NCBI GenBank assembly: GCA_048571215.1
Contig: CP182352.1
Location: 1,088,001-1,152,000, forward strand
Reading direction: 5' to 3'
DNA: 64,000 bases
Source of the DNA: Halarcobacter sp.
GTDB lineage: Bacteria; Campylobacterota; Campylobacteria; Campylobacterales; Arcobacteraceae
Made by a program: the position numbers and the translations under genes. Positions 50,670 through 60,679 of this stretch are shown here, one piece after another. The stretch's first letter is position 1, and each line of letters opens with the position of its first letter. The notes below the pieces were generated by a model, which saw only the letters and a list, made by a program, of their open reading frames with translations, was not told the DNA's origin and ran no database searches.

Positions 50670-52010
50670 ATGATATTTAGTTCTTTAGACTTTTTAGTTT
50701 TTTTTATTGTTTATACTTTAATTTGGTTTTTAACGCCAAAAAAGTATAAGATAGCAACTATATTAATATTTAGTTTATTCTTTTATGGATATTGGAATTG
50801 GAATTATATTTTATTGCCAATTTTGTTAACATTAGTTGCTTTTATCTTTACTAAAATATTTCAAAATAATAAAAGTAAAACTAATTTAACAATTTCAATT
50901 ATTTTAATTCTCCTACCACTTATTTATTTTAAGTATTTTGATTTTATTTTAAATACAAAATTAATTGATATGCCAATACCTTTAGGTATTTCATTTATAA
51001 CTTTTACTTTAATTTCATATGTAGTTGATGTTTATAAAAATAAATCCCCATATGAAAATAGTTTTTCAATACTTTTATCTTATATTATGTATTTTCCTCA
51101 ATTAATTGCTGGACCTATTTTAAGACCAAATGAACTTATACCTCAATTAAAAGAGTTTATTGATGTAAAAATGAGACTTCGTTTTGTTGCATTTGTAATT
51201 TTTACGATTGGCTTGGCAAAAAAAACTGTTTTTGCTGATCAATTAGCCCATTATGTCGATCCAATATATTTAAATCCTATTGAGGCTAGTTTTGAAGAAT
51301 GGTTGATTACATTTTATGCATTTCCTGTTCAACTTTATTGCGATTTTAGTGGATATACTGATATGGCAATTGGATTAGCTTTATTTTTTGGGGTTAATTT
51401 GCCTTTAAACTTTAATAAACCTTATTTAGTTAAAACAATTCCTGATTTTTGGAGAAATTGGCATATTTCATTATCAACATGGATAAGAGATTATGCTTAT
51501 TTCCCTTTAGGTAAAATACTTAGTAACATGTATCTTAGAACATTGATTGTAATGACATTAGTTGGGTTGTGGCATGGTGCTTCATGGACAATGGTTATTT
51601 TTGGTTTTATACATGGAATACTTGTTGCTTTTTCTAATTTTTTAAGAATAAAGAAAATTAAAAATCCATTGCCTGTTTTTATGCAAATAATTTTAACTTT
51701 TCATATATTTAGTGCAACACTAATATTATTCCGGGCAACAGATTTAGATAATGCACTTGATATGATAAGTGTATTAATTAATTTTGAGAGTTTAAATATC
51801 CAAAGTTTTCAATATTTTTTATACCCTATACTTTTAATAAGTATATTTTTTATATCTCATCCTTTTGATAACATTGAACAGATTAAAGGTTATGCAAATA
51901 AATATAAAAATTTATATATAGGATTATTTTTAGTTTTTTTATGGATATTATCTATAAGTTTGAGTATATCTAACAGCGGAAGTGATAAATTTATATACTT
52001 TGATTTTTAG
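50670..52010 (+). CDS. MBOAT O-acyltransferase (AlgI/DltB-like)
   Basis: PLGISFITF, FPQLIAGPI, DFSGYTDMAIG, FWRNWHISLS, GLWHGASW, FIYFDF C-terminus. Confidence 0.93.
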   Translation: MIFSSLDFLVFFIVYTLIWFLTPKKYKIATILIFSLFFYGYWNWNYILLPILLTLVAFIFTKIFQNNKSKTNLTISIILILLPLIYFKYFDFILNTKLIDMPIPLGISFITFTLISYVVDVYKNKSPYENSFSILLSYIMYFPQLIAGPILRPNELIPQLKEFIDVKMRLRFVAFVIFTIGLAKKTVFADQLAHYVDPIYLNPIEASFEEWLITFYAFPVQLYCDFSGYTDMAIGLALFFGVNLPLNFNKPYLVKTIPDFWRNWHISLSTWIRDYAYFPLGKILSNMYLRTLIVMTLVGLWHGASWTMVIFGFIHGILVAFSNFLRIKKIKNPLPVFMQIILTFHIFSATLILFRATDLDNALDMISVLINFESLNIQSFQYFLYPILLISIFFISHPFDNIEQIKGYANKYKNLYIGLFLVFLWILSISLSISNSGSDKFIYFDF

Positions 52011-52040
52011 TTTTTTGAAAAGTGTATATTATTAATATTT

Positions 52041-52049
52041 TGATATAAT
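52041..52049 (+). promoter_or_regulatory. Possible extended -10 element (TGnTATAAT) upstream of the SxtJ-like gene
   Basis: tgatataat in the ~50-bp gap; weak because the region is very AT-rich and the site is close to the RBS. Confidence 0.3.
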
Positions 52050-52064
52050 AAAAGAGGGATGATA

Positions 52065-52445
52065 ATGATTAAAAAAAATGATTTAAAGATTTTTGTATAT
52101 ATATGGGCAATAATTTTCTTAATGATTGGTGTTTATCCTATACTAAAAGAAGAACCCTTACGATATATTTTTATTATAATATCTATAAGTATGTTTATCA
52201 TATCTTTAGTAAATATAAATTTATATATAAAACCATATAATATTTGGATGAAATTTGGTAAAATTATGAATAAAATTTCAACTTTCATTATAATGTTTAT
52301 TTTATTTTATTTTTTATTTACTCCTATATCTTTAATATTGAAAGTGTTTTCAAAAGATTTATTAAATAAAAAAATAGACTCTACTGTATCATCTTATTGG
52401 ATAAAAAGAGAAGAACAACCTCAATCTATGAAAAAACAATTTTAG
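52065..52445 (+). CDS. SxtJ-family membrane protein
   Basis: PYNIWMKFG...ILFYFLFTPISLILKVFSKDLL...SYWIKRE...SMKKQF. ATG 52065 is better spaced from the GAGGG RBS than 52059. Confidence 0.8.
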   Translation: MIKKNDLKIFVYIWAIIFLMIGVYPILKEEPLRYIFIIISISMFIISLVNINLYIKPYNIWMKFGKIMNKISTFIIMFILFYFLFTPISLILKVFSKDLLNKKIDSTVSSYWIKREEQPQSMKKQF

Positions 52446-52454
52446 GATAAATAA

Positions 52455-52598
52455 ATGTTAAAAGAACTTTGGGATTTTATTAAAGTAAGAAAAAAATATT
52501 GGTTAGCACCTATTATATTATTGATGTTATTATTAGGGACTATAATTGTATCTGCAACAGGATCTAGTGTTTCTCCATTTGTTTATGCTTTATTTTAA
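52455..52598 (+). CDS. Small SxtK/DUF5989-family membrane protein (47 aa), absent from the ORF track
   Basis: Translated by hand: MLKELWDFIKVRKKYWLAPIILLMLLLGTIIVSATGSSVSPFVYALF*; AGGA RBS upstream. Confidence 0.85.
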   Translation: MLKELWDFIKVRKKYWLAPIILLMLLLGTIIVSATGSSVSPFVYALF

Positions 52599-52607
52599 GA
52601 ATAAGCT

Positions 52608-54494
52608 ATGTATATTTTAGGAATTTCAGCATATTACCATGATAGTGCGGCAGTGCTAATAGATGATGAAAATATTATTGCAGCTGTACAAGAAGAAAGA
52701 TTTACGAGAATAAAGCAAGATGAATCTTTTCCTAAAGAATCTATTAAATATTGTTTAGAAGAAGCAAATATTTCTTTAGAAGATATTGATTATATAGCTT
52801 TTTATGATAAACCTTTTATAAAATTTGAGAGATTATTAGAAACCTATCTTAATGAAGCACCTAAAGGCTTCAAATCCTTTTTTAAATCTATGCCTATTTG
52901 GTTAAAAGATAAATTATTTTTAAAAGATACTTTGGCTAATGAATTTAAAGATTTATTAGAAAGTTTGAAACCACAGCTTAAAGATAAAGAATTAAAGTTA
53001 TTTAAAAAAAATATATTAACTAAAATAAGATTTAGTGAACACCATCAAAGTCATGCATCAAGTGCATTTTATCCAAGTAGTTTTGAAAATGCTGCAATAT
53101 TAACAATAGATGGAGTAGGTGAATGGACTACTACATCTTTAGCTTATGGAAATGGAAACAAAATTACATTTTTAAATGAAATTAATTTTCCCCATTCTTT
53201 AGGATTATTATATTCAGCGTTTACTTATTATTTAGGATTTAAAGTAAATAGTGGTGAATATAAAGTTATGGGATTAGCACCATATGGAAAACCAATTTAT
53301 GTAGATATCATAAAAAGTAAATTAATAGATATAAAAGAGGATGGATCCTTTAGACTTGATATGAGTTATTTTAATTATACAACTGGTTTGACAATGACAA
53401 ATAGTAAATTTCATAATCTTTTTGGAGGTAAACCTAGAGAAAAAGAAGGAACCTTAACTCAAAAAGAAATGGATTTGGCAGCTTCAATTCAAGCAATTAC
53501 AGAAGAAATAATGATAAAACTTGCAAAATATGCAAAAGAAATAACAGGTAGCAATAATTTGTGTTTAGCTGGGGGAGTAGCTTTAAACTGTGTTGGTAAT
53601 GGGAAAATATATAAGGAAAAGATTTTTGAAAATATATGGATACAACCAGCCTCTGGTGACGCAGGTGGAGCATTAGGGGCTGCATATTGTTTATATTTTC
53701 AAGAATTTGATAATTTAAGAAAAATAGAAAGTAATAAAATTGATAAAATGCAAGGTTCCTATCTTGGACCTAAATACTCAAATGAATATATAAAAAACTT
53801 TTTAGATAGTGAAGGTGCAAAATACGAATTTATAGAAAATGAAGAATCATTATTATCAATAGTTGCACAAGAACTTGTCAACGGAAAAGTTGTTGGTTGG
53901 CATCAAGGTAGAATGGAATATGGACCTAGATCTTTAGGAAATAGAAGTATTATAGGAGATCCTCAAAATATTGATATGCAAACTACAATGAATATGAAGA
54001 TTAAGTTTAGAGAAAGCTTTAGACCATTTGCACCATCGGTAATAAAAGAAAAAGTAGATAAATGGTTTGATATAAAAGATGAATCTCCATATATGTTATT
54101 GGTTAGTGATGTTAGAGATGATAAACGATTATCATTATGTGATACGGAAAAAAATTTAGAAGGTATAGAAAAACTAAAACAAAAACGAAGTGAAATACCT
54201 GCAGTAACACATATTGATTATTCTGCAAGAGTTCAAACAGTTGATAAAAATACCAATAAAAGATATTATCATTTATTAAGTAAGTTTGATAGTTTAACCT
54301 CTTGTCCTATTTTGGTTAATACATCATTTAATGTACGAGGTGAGCCTATTGTCTGTTCTCCTAAAGATAGTTATATATGTTTTATGCGTACTGGAATTGA
54401 TATATTAGTTTTGGAAGACTTTATATTATATAAAACTGAACAAAATGCCAATGATTATGATGATAACTGGAAAGAGACTTTTGAGCTTGATTAG
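52608..54494 (+). CDS. O-carbamoyltransferase (NodU/CmcH/SxtI family)
   Basis: ILGISAYYHDSAA, QEERFTR, EHHQSHA, EYKVMGLAPYG, AGGVALNC, PRSLGNRSI, NTSFNVRGEPIV. Confidence 0.95.
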   Translation: MYILGISAYYHDSAAVLIDDENIIAAVQEERFTRIKQDESFPKESIKYCLEEANISLEDIDYIAFYDKPFIKFERLLETYLNEAPKGFKSFFKSMPIWLKDKLFLKDTLANEFKDLLESLKPQLKDKELKLFKKNILTKIRFSEHHQSHASSAFYPSSFENAAILTIDGVGEWTTTSLAYGNGNKITFLNEINFPHSLGLLYSAFTYYLGFKVNSGEYKVMGLAPYGKPIYVDIIKSKLIDIKEDGSFRLDMSYFNYTTGLTMTNSKFHNLFGGKPREKEGTLTQKEMDLAASIQAITEEIMIKLAKYAKEITGSNNLCLAGGVALNCVGNGKIYKEKIFENIWIQPASGDAGGALGAAYCLYFQEFDNLRKIESNKIDKMQGSYLGPKYSNEYIKNFLDSEGAKYEFIENEESLLSIVAQELVNGKVVGWHQGRMEYGPRSLGNRSIIGDPQNIDMQTTMNMKIKFRESFRPFAPSVIKEKVDKWFDIKDESPYMLLVSDVRDDKRLSLCDTEKNLEGIEKLKQKRSEIPAVTHIDYSARVQTVDKNTNKRYYHLLSKFDSLTSCPILVNTSFNVRGEPIVCSPKDSYICFMRTGIDILVLEDFILYKTEQNANDYDDNWKETFELD

Positions 54495-54516
54495 ACTTAA
54501 ATTAAGAAAATAGATC

Positions 54517-55389
54517 ATGAAAATTATAATTACAGGAGCTAGCGGTTTTTTAGGAAGTTATCTTTTAAAATCATTTGTAAATAGTAGGCATGAAGTAATA
54601 GCTTTAAAAAGAATTACTTCAACTACTTACAGAATTGAAAGTTACTTAGAAAAAGTAACATTGTATGATATTGATAAAGTTAATTTAGAAGATATTTTTA
54701 AAAATCATAAAATAGATATAGTTATAAATACAGTTACAAACTATGGAAGAAAAGATTCAAAAGTATCTTCAATAGTAGACACAAATTTAATCTTTGGATT
54801 AAAGCTTTTAGAAGAGTGTGTAAACAATAATGTAAAAGCATTTATTAATACAGATACATCACTTGATAGAAATATCAATGCGTATGCTCTTTCTAAATCT
54901 CAATTAGTAGATTGGATGAAGTTTTTATCTAACAAAAATACTAAAATAATAAATATAAAAATAGAGTATATGTATGGACCTCTTGATGATGAAAATAAAT
55001 TTATTTATTGGTTAATTAATCAATTAAAACAAAATGTAAAAAAAATAGATTTAACATCGGGTATTCAAAAAAGAGATTTTATTTACATTGATGATATTGT
55101 AAGTGCATATGAAATTATTGTTAAAAACATAGATTCATTTCCAAATGATGAGGAGTTTGAACTTGGAAGTGGTAATTCAATAGAAGTTAAAAAATTTATA
55201 GAATTAATAGTTGAAGAATTACAAACAAAAATTAAAATAGATACGAATTTAAACTTTGGTGCAATTTCATATAGAAATAATGAGAATATGGAAATGAAAG
55301 CAAATATAAAAAAATTAAATGAACTTGGATGGAAATCTGAAGTTTCTTTAAGAAATGGAATAAAAAATATAATTGACAAGAAGAATTAA
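54517..55389 (+). CDS. NAD-dependent epimerase/reductase, CDP-abequose/paratose synthase-like
   Basis: ITGASGFLGS, TNYGR, FINTDT, YALSK, QKRDFIYIDD; directly upstream of rfbH. Confidence 0.75.
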   Translation: MKIIITGASGFLGSYLLKSFVNSRHEVIALKRITSTTYRIESYLEKVTLYDIDKVNLEDIFKNHKIDIVINTVTNYGRKDSKVSSIVDTNLIFGLKLLEECVNNNVKAFINTDTSLDRNINAYALSKSQLVDWMKFLSNKNTKIINIKIEYMYGPLDDENKFIYWLINQLKQNVKKIDLTSGIQKRDFIYIDDIVSAYEIIVKNIDSFPNDEEFELGSGNSIEVKKFIELIVEELQTKIKIDTNLNFGAISYRNNENMEMKANIKKLNELGWKSEVSLRNGIKNIIDKKN

Positions 55390-55390
55390 T

Positions 55391-56722
55391 ATGATAAAAC
55401 AAGAACAATTAAAGCAAGAGATATTACAAAAAACAAAAGAGTATTATGAATTAGTACATAAGCCACAACAAACAAAAAAGTTTGTCGAAGGTCAAAGTAG
55501 AGTTAATTATGCTGGTCGAGTATTTGATGAAACTGAGATGCAATATCTTGTGGATAGTTCATTGGATTTTTGGTTAACATTTGGAGACTATTCTAAAAAA
55601 TTTGAAAAAGGTTTAGCAAAATATTTAGGAGTTAGATATGTATTTTTAGTTAATTCTGGAAGTTCTGCTAATCTACTTGCTTTTTATGCTTTAACTTCAC
55701 CACTTCTAAAAGAGAGACAAATAAAAAGAGGTGATGAAGTAATAACTGTTGCAGCTGGTTTCCCTACTACTGTAGCTCCTATTGTTCAATATGGAGCAGT
55801 TCCTGTATTTTTAGATATGGAATTAGAGTGTGCAAATATAGATGTATCTAAATTAGAATCAGCACTTAGTCCTAAAACAAAAGCTATCATGATTGCACAT
55901 ACTTTAGGAAATCCATTTGATTTAAGAGCTGTGAAAGACTTCTGTGATAAACATAATCTTTGGCTTATTGAAGATAACTGTGATGCTTTAGGTTCTTTAT
56001 ATGAAGGGAAACCAACTGGAACTTGGGGAGATATTGGTACAAGTTCATTTTATCCTCCTCATCACATGACAATGGGTGAAGGTGGAGCTACATATACAAG
56101 TAATCCTCTACTTAAAAAAATCATGCTTTCAATGAGAGATTGGGGAAGAGATTGTTGGTGTGAAAGTGGAATAGATAATACTTGTGGATGTAGATTTTCG
56201 CAAACATTTGGAACTCTACCAAAAGGATATGACCATAAATATGTTTATTCTCACTTTGGTTTTAACTTAAAAGTATCAGATATGCAAGCAGCGGTAGGTG
56301 TAGCTCAACTTGAAAAGTTTCCTACATTTGTAGAAAAAAGAAAAGAAAACCAAAAGAAACTATATGATGGATTAAAAGATTTAGAACAACTTCAATTAGT
56401 TGAAACTCAACCAAACTCAGATCCAAGTTGGTTTGGATTTATGATGACATTAACAGATAAAGCAAAATTTACAAGAAATGAACTTGTAGAATTTTTAGAA
56501 GCGAATAAAATCCAAACAAGAAATTTATTTGCTGGAAATATGACAAGACATCCTATGTTTGATTCATTAGAACTAAATAAAAATTATAGAATAGTAGGTG
56601 ATTTAACTGTAACTGATAAGATTATGAATGATAGTTTTTGGATTGGATTATATCCAGGAATGGATGATGATGCTATTAATTATATGATTAAAAAAATTAG
56701 AGAGTTTGTAGAAAGTAAATAA
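55391..56722 (+). CDS. rfbH: CDP-4-keto-6-deoxyglucose 3-dehydrase (RfbH/DdhC)
   Basis: VNSGSSANL, SFYPPHHMTMGEGG, DWGRDCWC..G.DNTC..RF, GYDHKY; ATG at 55391. Confidence 0.93.
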   Translation: MIKQEQLKQEILQKTKEYYELVHKPQQTKKFVEGQSRVNYAGRVFDETEMQYLVDSSLDFWLTFGDYSKKFEKGLAKYLGVRYVFLVNSGSSANLLAFYALTSPLLKERQIKRGDEVITVAAGFPTTVAPIVQYGAVPVFLDMELECANIDVSKLESALSPKTKAIMIAHTLGNPFDLRAVKDFCDKHNLWLIEDNCDALGSLYEGKPTGTWGDIGTSSFYPPHHMTMGEGGATYTSNPLLKKIMLSMRDWGRDCWCESGIDNTCGCRFSQTFGTLPKGYDHKYVYSHFGFNLKVSDMQAAVGVAQLEKFPTFVEKRKENQKKLYDGLKDLEQLQLVETQPNSDPSWFGFMMTLTDKAKFTRNELVEFLEANKIQTRNLFAGNMTRHPMFDSLELNKNYRIVGDLTVTDKIMNDSFWIGLYPGMDDDAINYMIKKIREFVESK

Positions 56723-56732
56723 GGGTAATAAA

Positions 56733-57641
56733 ATGGCTTTAAAAAATAAACCAAATTTTTTGATAGTCGGTGCTGCAAAATGCGGAACGACTTCTCTTTT
56801 TCACTATCTTAATAAACATCCTGATATTTATATACCTGAGGTGAAAGAGTGTAGATTTTTTTCTCAACTTCCAAAAAACTTCAATGGCTTAGGTGCAGAA
56901 TCTTTTGTAAATACTGGAATAACTGATGAAAAGGAATATTTCAGTTTATTTGATAATCAAAATCAGAATTGTGGAGATATTTCAAATGATTATTTATATT
57001 ATTACGAAGAATCAATAAAAAATATTAAAAAATACTTAGATGATGATGTGAAAATAATAATACTAAGAAATCCTGTAGATAGAGCATATTCTAATTATAT
57101 GCATGCTGTTCGTGATGGCTGGGAAAATCTTACTTTTGAAGATGCTATAATAGAAGAAGAAAAGAGAATTAATGATAATTGGGGATGGCCTTATTATTAT
57201 ATAAAAGTTGGATTTTATTTTGAACAAGTTAAAGCTTATCTTGATAGTTTTAAAAATGTAAAAGTTTATTTATTTGATGATTTAAAAAATAAAAATGAGT
57301 TTTTAAATGATTTGTATGAATTTTTAGAAGTTGAACAAATAGAAAGCTTAGAAGACGACAAAGAGTATAATGTATCTGGATACCCTAAGAATAAGTTTAT
57401 TCATAATTTTTTGAATAAAGATAGTAAATTAAAAAGTTTTATAAAGCCAATTGTGAAATTAATAATTTCTAAAGAAAAAAGGCAACAAGTAATTCAAAAT
57501 CTAAAAAATAACAATTTAGAAAAAAGAAAAATGTTAAAAAATTCTAGAATTAACTTAATAGATATTTATAAAGATGATATTAATAATTTAAGTGGTTTAA
57601 TTAATAAAGATTTAAGTCATTGGATAAAACATGAAGTGTAA
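56733..57641 (+). CDS. Sulfotransferase
   Basis: PNFLIVGAAKCGTTSL (5'-PSB) and LRNPVDRAYS (3'-PB). Confidence 0.9.
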   Translation: MALKNKPNFLIVGAAKCGTTSLFHYLNKHPDIYIPEVKECRFFSQLPKNFNGLGAESFVNTGITDEKEYFSLFDNQNQNCGDISNDYLYYYEESIKNIKKYLDDDVKIIILRNPVDRAYSNYMHAVRDGWENLTFEDAIIEEEKRINDNWGWPYYYIKVGFYFEQVKAYLDSFKNVKVYLFDDLKNKNEFLNDLYEFLEVEQIESLEDDKEYNVSGYPKNKFIHNFLNKDSKLKSFIKPIVKLIISKEKRQQVIQNLKNNNLEKRKMLKNSRINLIDIYKDDINNLSGLINKDLSHWIKHEV

Positions 57642-58395
57642 AGTTTGTGAAACAAATAATGATGTATTATTTACTGCAAAAGTTTTAAAAAAGTATGATG
57701 TTAAATATTACCATTGTAAAAGTTGTGGTTTTCTGCAAACAGAAGAACCTTATTGGTTAGAGGAAGCTTATAATGAATCAATAAATATTTCTGATACAGG
57801 TATAATGAATAGAAATTTATTTTTATCTCAAAGTGTAACTAATATTATAAATGTATTTTTTAACAAAAATGATAAATTTTTGGATTATGCAGGAGGATAT
57901 GGAATTTTTGTAAGACTTATGAGAGATATTGGTTTTGATTTTTATTGGAATGATAAATATAGTAAAAATTTAGTAGCTAGAAAATTTGAATTTAACGAAA
58001 AAGACAGTTATAGTCTACTTACTTCTTTTGAATCATTTGAACATTTCGATAAACCTATTCTTGAGATAGAGGATATGCTGAAGATATCTAAAAGTATATT
58101 ATTCTCAACTGAATTATGTGAAGATAACCCTCCTAAACCAGATGACTGGAGATACTATGGATTAAATCATGGTCAACATATTTCATTTTATAGTATAAAA
58201 ACACTAAAATATATTGCAAAAAAGTATAATTTAAATTTATACTCTTATAGAAGCTCATTACATTTATTAACTGATAAAAAAATCAACAATTACTTTTTTT
58301 CATTGATTTTAAAATTAAATAGATTAGGTTTATTTTATTTTTTAAGAAAATTGAATAATTCTAAAACAATAAAGGATTGGGAATTACTTAGATGA
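57631..58395 (+). CDS. Class I SAM-dependent methyltransferase with N-terminal CxxC..CxxC
   Basis: CKVC...CKSC, FLDYAGGYG, FESFEHF, GQHISFY. Confidence 0.85.
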   Translation: MKCKVCETNNDVLFTAKVLKKYDVKYYHCKSCGFLQTEEPYWLEEAYNESINISDTGIMNRNLFLSQSVTNIINVFFNKNDKFLDYAGGYGIFVRLMRDIGFDFYWNDKYSKNLVARKFEFNEKDSYSLLTSFESFEHFDKPILEIEDMLKISKSILFSTELCEDNPPKPDDWRYYGLNHGQHISFYSIKTLKYIAKKYNLNLYSYRSSLHLLTDKKINNYFFSLILKLNRLGLFYFLRKLNNSKTIKDWELLR

Positions 58396-59058
58396 TTTCA
58401 AAAATCAAAATACTTACAAGGTTTATTATTTATTTATAGATTTATTTATAAAACCATCAAAGAATATTAAGCCAAAATCTATTTTGATTGTACGTTTAGA
58501 TGCAATTGGAGATTATGTACTTTTTAGATACTATATAGAAATAGTTAAGAAAAGTGAAAAATATAAGGATTATTCAATTACACTTCTTGGGAATATATCT
58601 TGGAAAAGTATTAGCAACGAGCTAGATAAAGAAATTATAGATGAGTTTTTATGGTTAGATAGAAATAAATTTATAAAAGACTTTAAATATAGATATACTA
58701 AGCTTCAAGAAATCACGTCTAAAGAGTATGAAGTATTACTAAATCCAGTATATAGTAGAGAATTTTTTCTTGGCGATAGTATATCAAAATTAGTTTGTGC
58801 TAAAGAAAAAATTGCAAGTAAAGGAGATTTGTCAAATATAGAAAAGTGGCAAAAAGACTTAACTGATAATTATTTTACTAACTTAATAGAGGCAAAAAAT
58901 GATGTATTATTTGAGTTTGATAGAAATAAAGAATTTTTTGAAAATTTATTTGATATAAATTTAGATATAATAAAACCATATATTGAATTAAAAGATAAAA
59001 ATTTAGGATTTAGTCTTCCAAAAAACTATGTTGTATTTTTTATAGGAGCCAGTGCATT
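58392..59058 (+). pseudogene. GT9 (heptosyltransferase-like) pseudogene, frameshifted near the start and 3'-truncated
   Basis: ATG 58392 frame stops after 15 codons; ILIVRLDAIGD is in another frame; similarity ends at YVVFFIGASA. Confidence 0.75.
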
Positions 59059-59355
59059 TCAACTGTTTACTCCTTTGTATCTCCATATAGAGAATCTTGA
59101 AAAGCTATTAGAGAAATGGTTAAAAATAATATAGTTATTTACCTAAAAACTCATATAGAAACTTGTAAGAGTAGAGATTATAAAGGTGTATATGAAAAAG
59201 CACTAAAAGGTGAACTTCAAAACTTTACAGGTATAAATGATATATATGAAGAACCACAACATGCAGAAATAGTTATAGATACAACAAAAACATCAATTGA
59301 TGAAGCAGTTGAAAGAATAGTAAAATTTGTAAAAAAAGAGTTTGTAAGTAGATGA
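59056..59355 (+). pseudogene. cysC: 3' half of adenylyl-sulfate (APS) kinase with an in-frame stop
   Basis: ISTVYSFVSPYRES*KAIREM...ETCKSRDYKGVYEKALKGELQNFTGINDIYEEP; the N-terminal P-loop is missing. Confidence 0.85.
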
Positions 59356-60656
59356 TAAATAAAATTAATACTTTTAAAAATAATGAAGGTGCCATGAAAT
59401 ACTTTAAAAATACAACATGGCTTATTATTGAAAAAATATTTCGTTTGGTTGTAGGTTTTTTAGTTGGAGTTTGGGTTGCAAGATATTTAGGACCTGAACA
59501 ATTTGGTCTATTTTCGTATGCGCAAAGTTTTGTAGGACTTTTTATTGCCATTTCTTCATTTGGACTTGATAATATTGTAGTACGAGAGTTATTAAAAGAT
59601 GGAGGTAATAAAGATGAAATTGTTACAACAGTCTTTATACTAAAACTTATTGGGGCCTTTTTTGTATTGATTTTTCTTGCTATTACTGTTAATTTTACAT
59701 CTAATGATGATTATACTAATGTATTAATATTTATAATTGCATCTGCAATTATATTTCAATCTTTTAATGTAATAGATTTTTATTTTCAAAGTAAAGTTTT
59801 AAGTAAATATATAGTTTTTGCAAATATAATTTCTCTTTTAATTAGTAGTCTTACAAAAATATTATTTATTTTCTATGAATTTCCCTTAATATATTTTGCA
59901 GGAGTAGTACTTTTTGATAGTATGATATTAGCTTTAGGATATATCTATTTTTATATTAAACATAATAAATTTATTAAAATTAATAATCTTAAATTTAATA
60001 AAAATACAGCTATTTTACTTCTTAAAGATAGTTGGCCTTTAATGCTTAGTGGTTTAATTATATCAATTTATATGAAAATAGATCAAGTAATGATAAAAGA
60101 AATACTAGGAAATGAGGCAGTTGGACAATATTCAGCAGCAGTAAGACTTAGCGAAACATGGTATTTTATACCTTCTGTAATAGCTGCCTCTTTATTTCCT
60201 GCTATCGTAAGTGCTAAAAAACAAAATGAAGAATTTTACATTGCAAGACTTCAAAAACTTTATAATTTTATGGTGTGGCTTGCTATTCCTATAACTTTAT
60301 TCATAACATTTTCAGCTGATTGGCTTATTACTATTCTTTATGGACATGTATATAGAGAAGCGGGAGGTGTTTTAGTAATTCATATTTGGACAAGTGTATT
60401 CGTATTTATAGGTGTAGTTTTTGCTAAATATTTAACTATAGAAAATTGGACAAAAAAATCATTTTACAGGACATTGTATGGTGCAATTATTAATATAATA
60501 CTAAATTATATATTAATCCCTATATATGGCATTTATGGTGCAGCTATTGCGACATTAATTGCCCAAATAGTCACTAATTATTTATATGATATTTTTGATA
60601 AAGACTTACACAAAAGTTTTTATATGAAAACTAAAAGTTTATTGTTAATAAGTTAA
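59352..60656 (+). CDS. wzx: Wzx-type polysaccharide flippase
   Basis: NTTWLIIEKIFRL, VARYLGPEQFG, IYMKIDQVMIK, AVGQYSAAVRLSE; multiple TMs. Confidence 0.9.
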   Translation: MINKINTFKNNEGAMKYFKNTTWLIIEKIFRLVVGFLVGVWVARYLGPEQFGLFSYAQSFVGLFIAISSFGLDNIVVRELLKDGGNKDEIVTTVFILKLIGAFFVLIFLAITVNFTSNDDYTNVLIFIIASAIIFQSFNVIDFYFQSKVLSKYIVFANIISLLISSLTKILFIFYEFPLIYFAGVVLFDSMILALGYIYFYIKHNKFIKINNLKFNKNTAILLLKDSWPLMLSGLIISIYMKIDQVMIKEILGNEAVGQYSAAVRLSETWYFIPSVIAASLFPAIVSAKKQNEEFYIARLQKLYNFMVWLAIPITLFITFSADWLITILYGHVYREAGGVLVIHIWTSVFVFIGVVFAKYLTIENWTKKSFYRTLYGAIINIILNYILIPIYGIYGAAIATLIAQIVTNYLYDIFDKDLHKSFYMKTKSLLLIS

Positions 60657-60679
60657 ACATAGATAGAAAAAGGGTAATA

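Noticed and set aside
52065..54494. Saxitoxin biosynthesis cluster
   Set aside because: No sxtA, sxtG, sxtB or other core genes; the context is polysaccharide biosynthesis.
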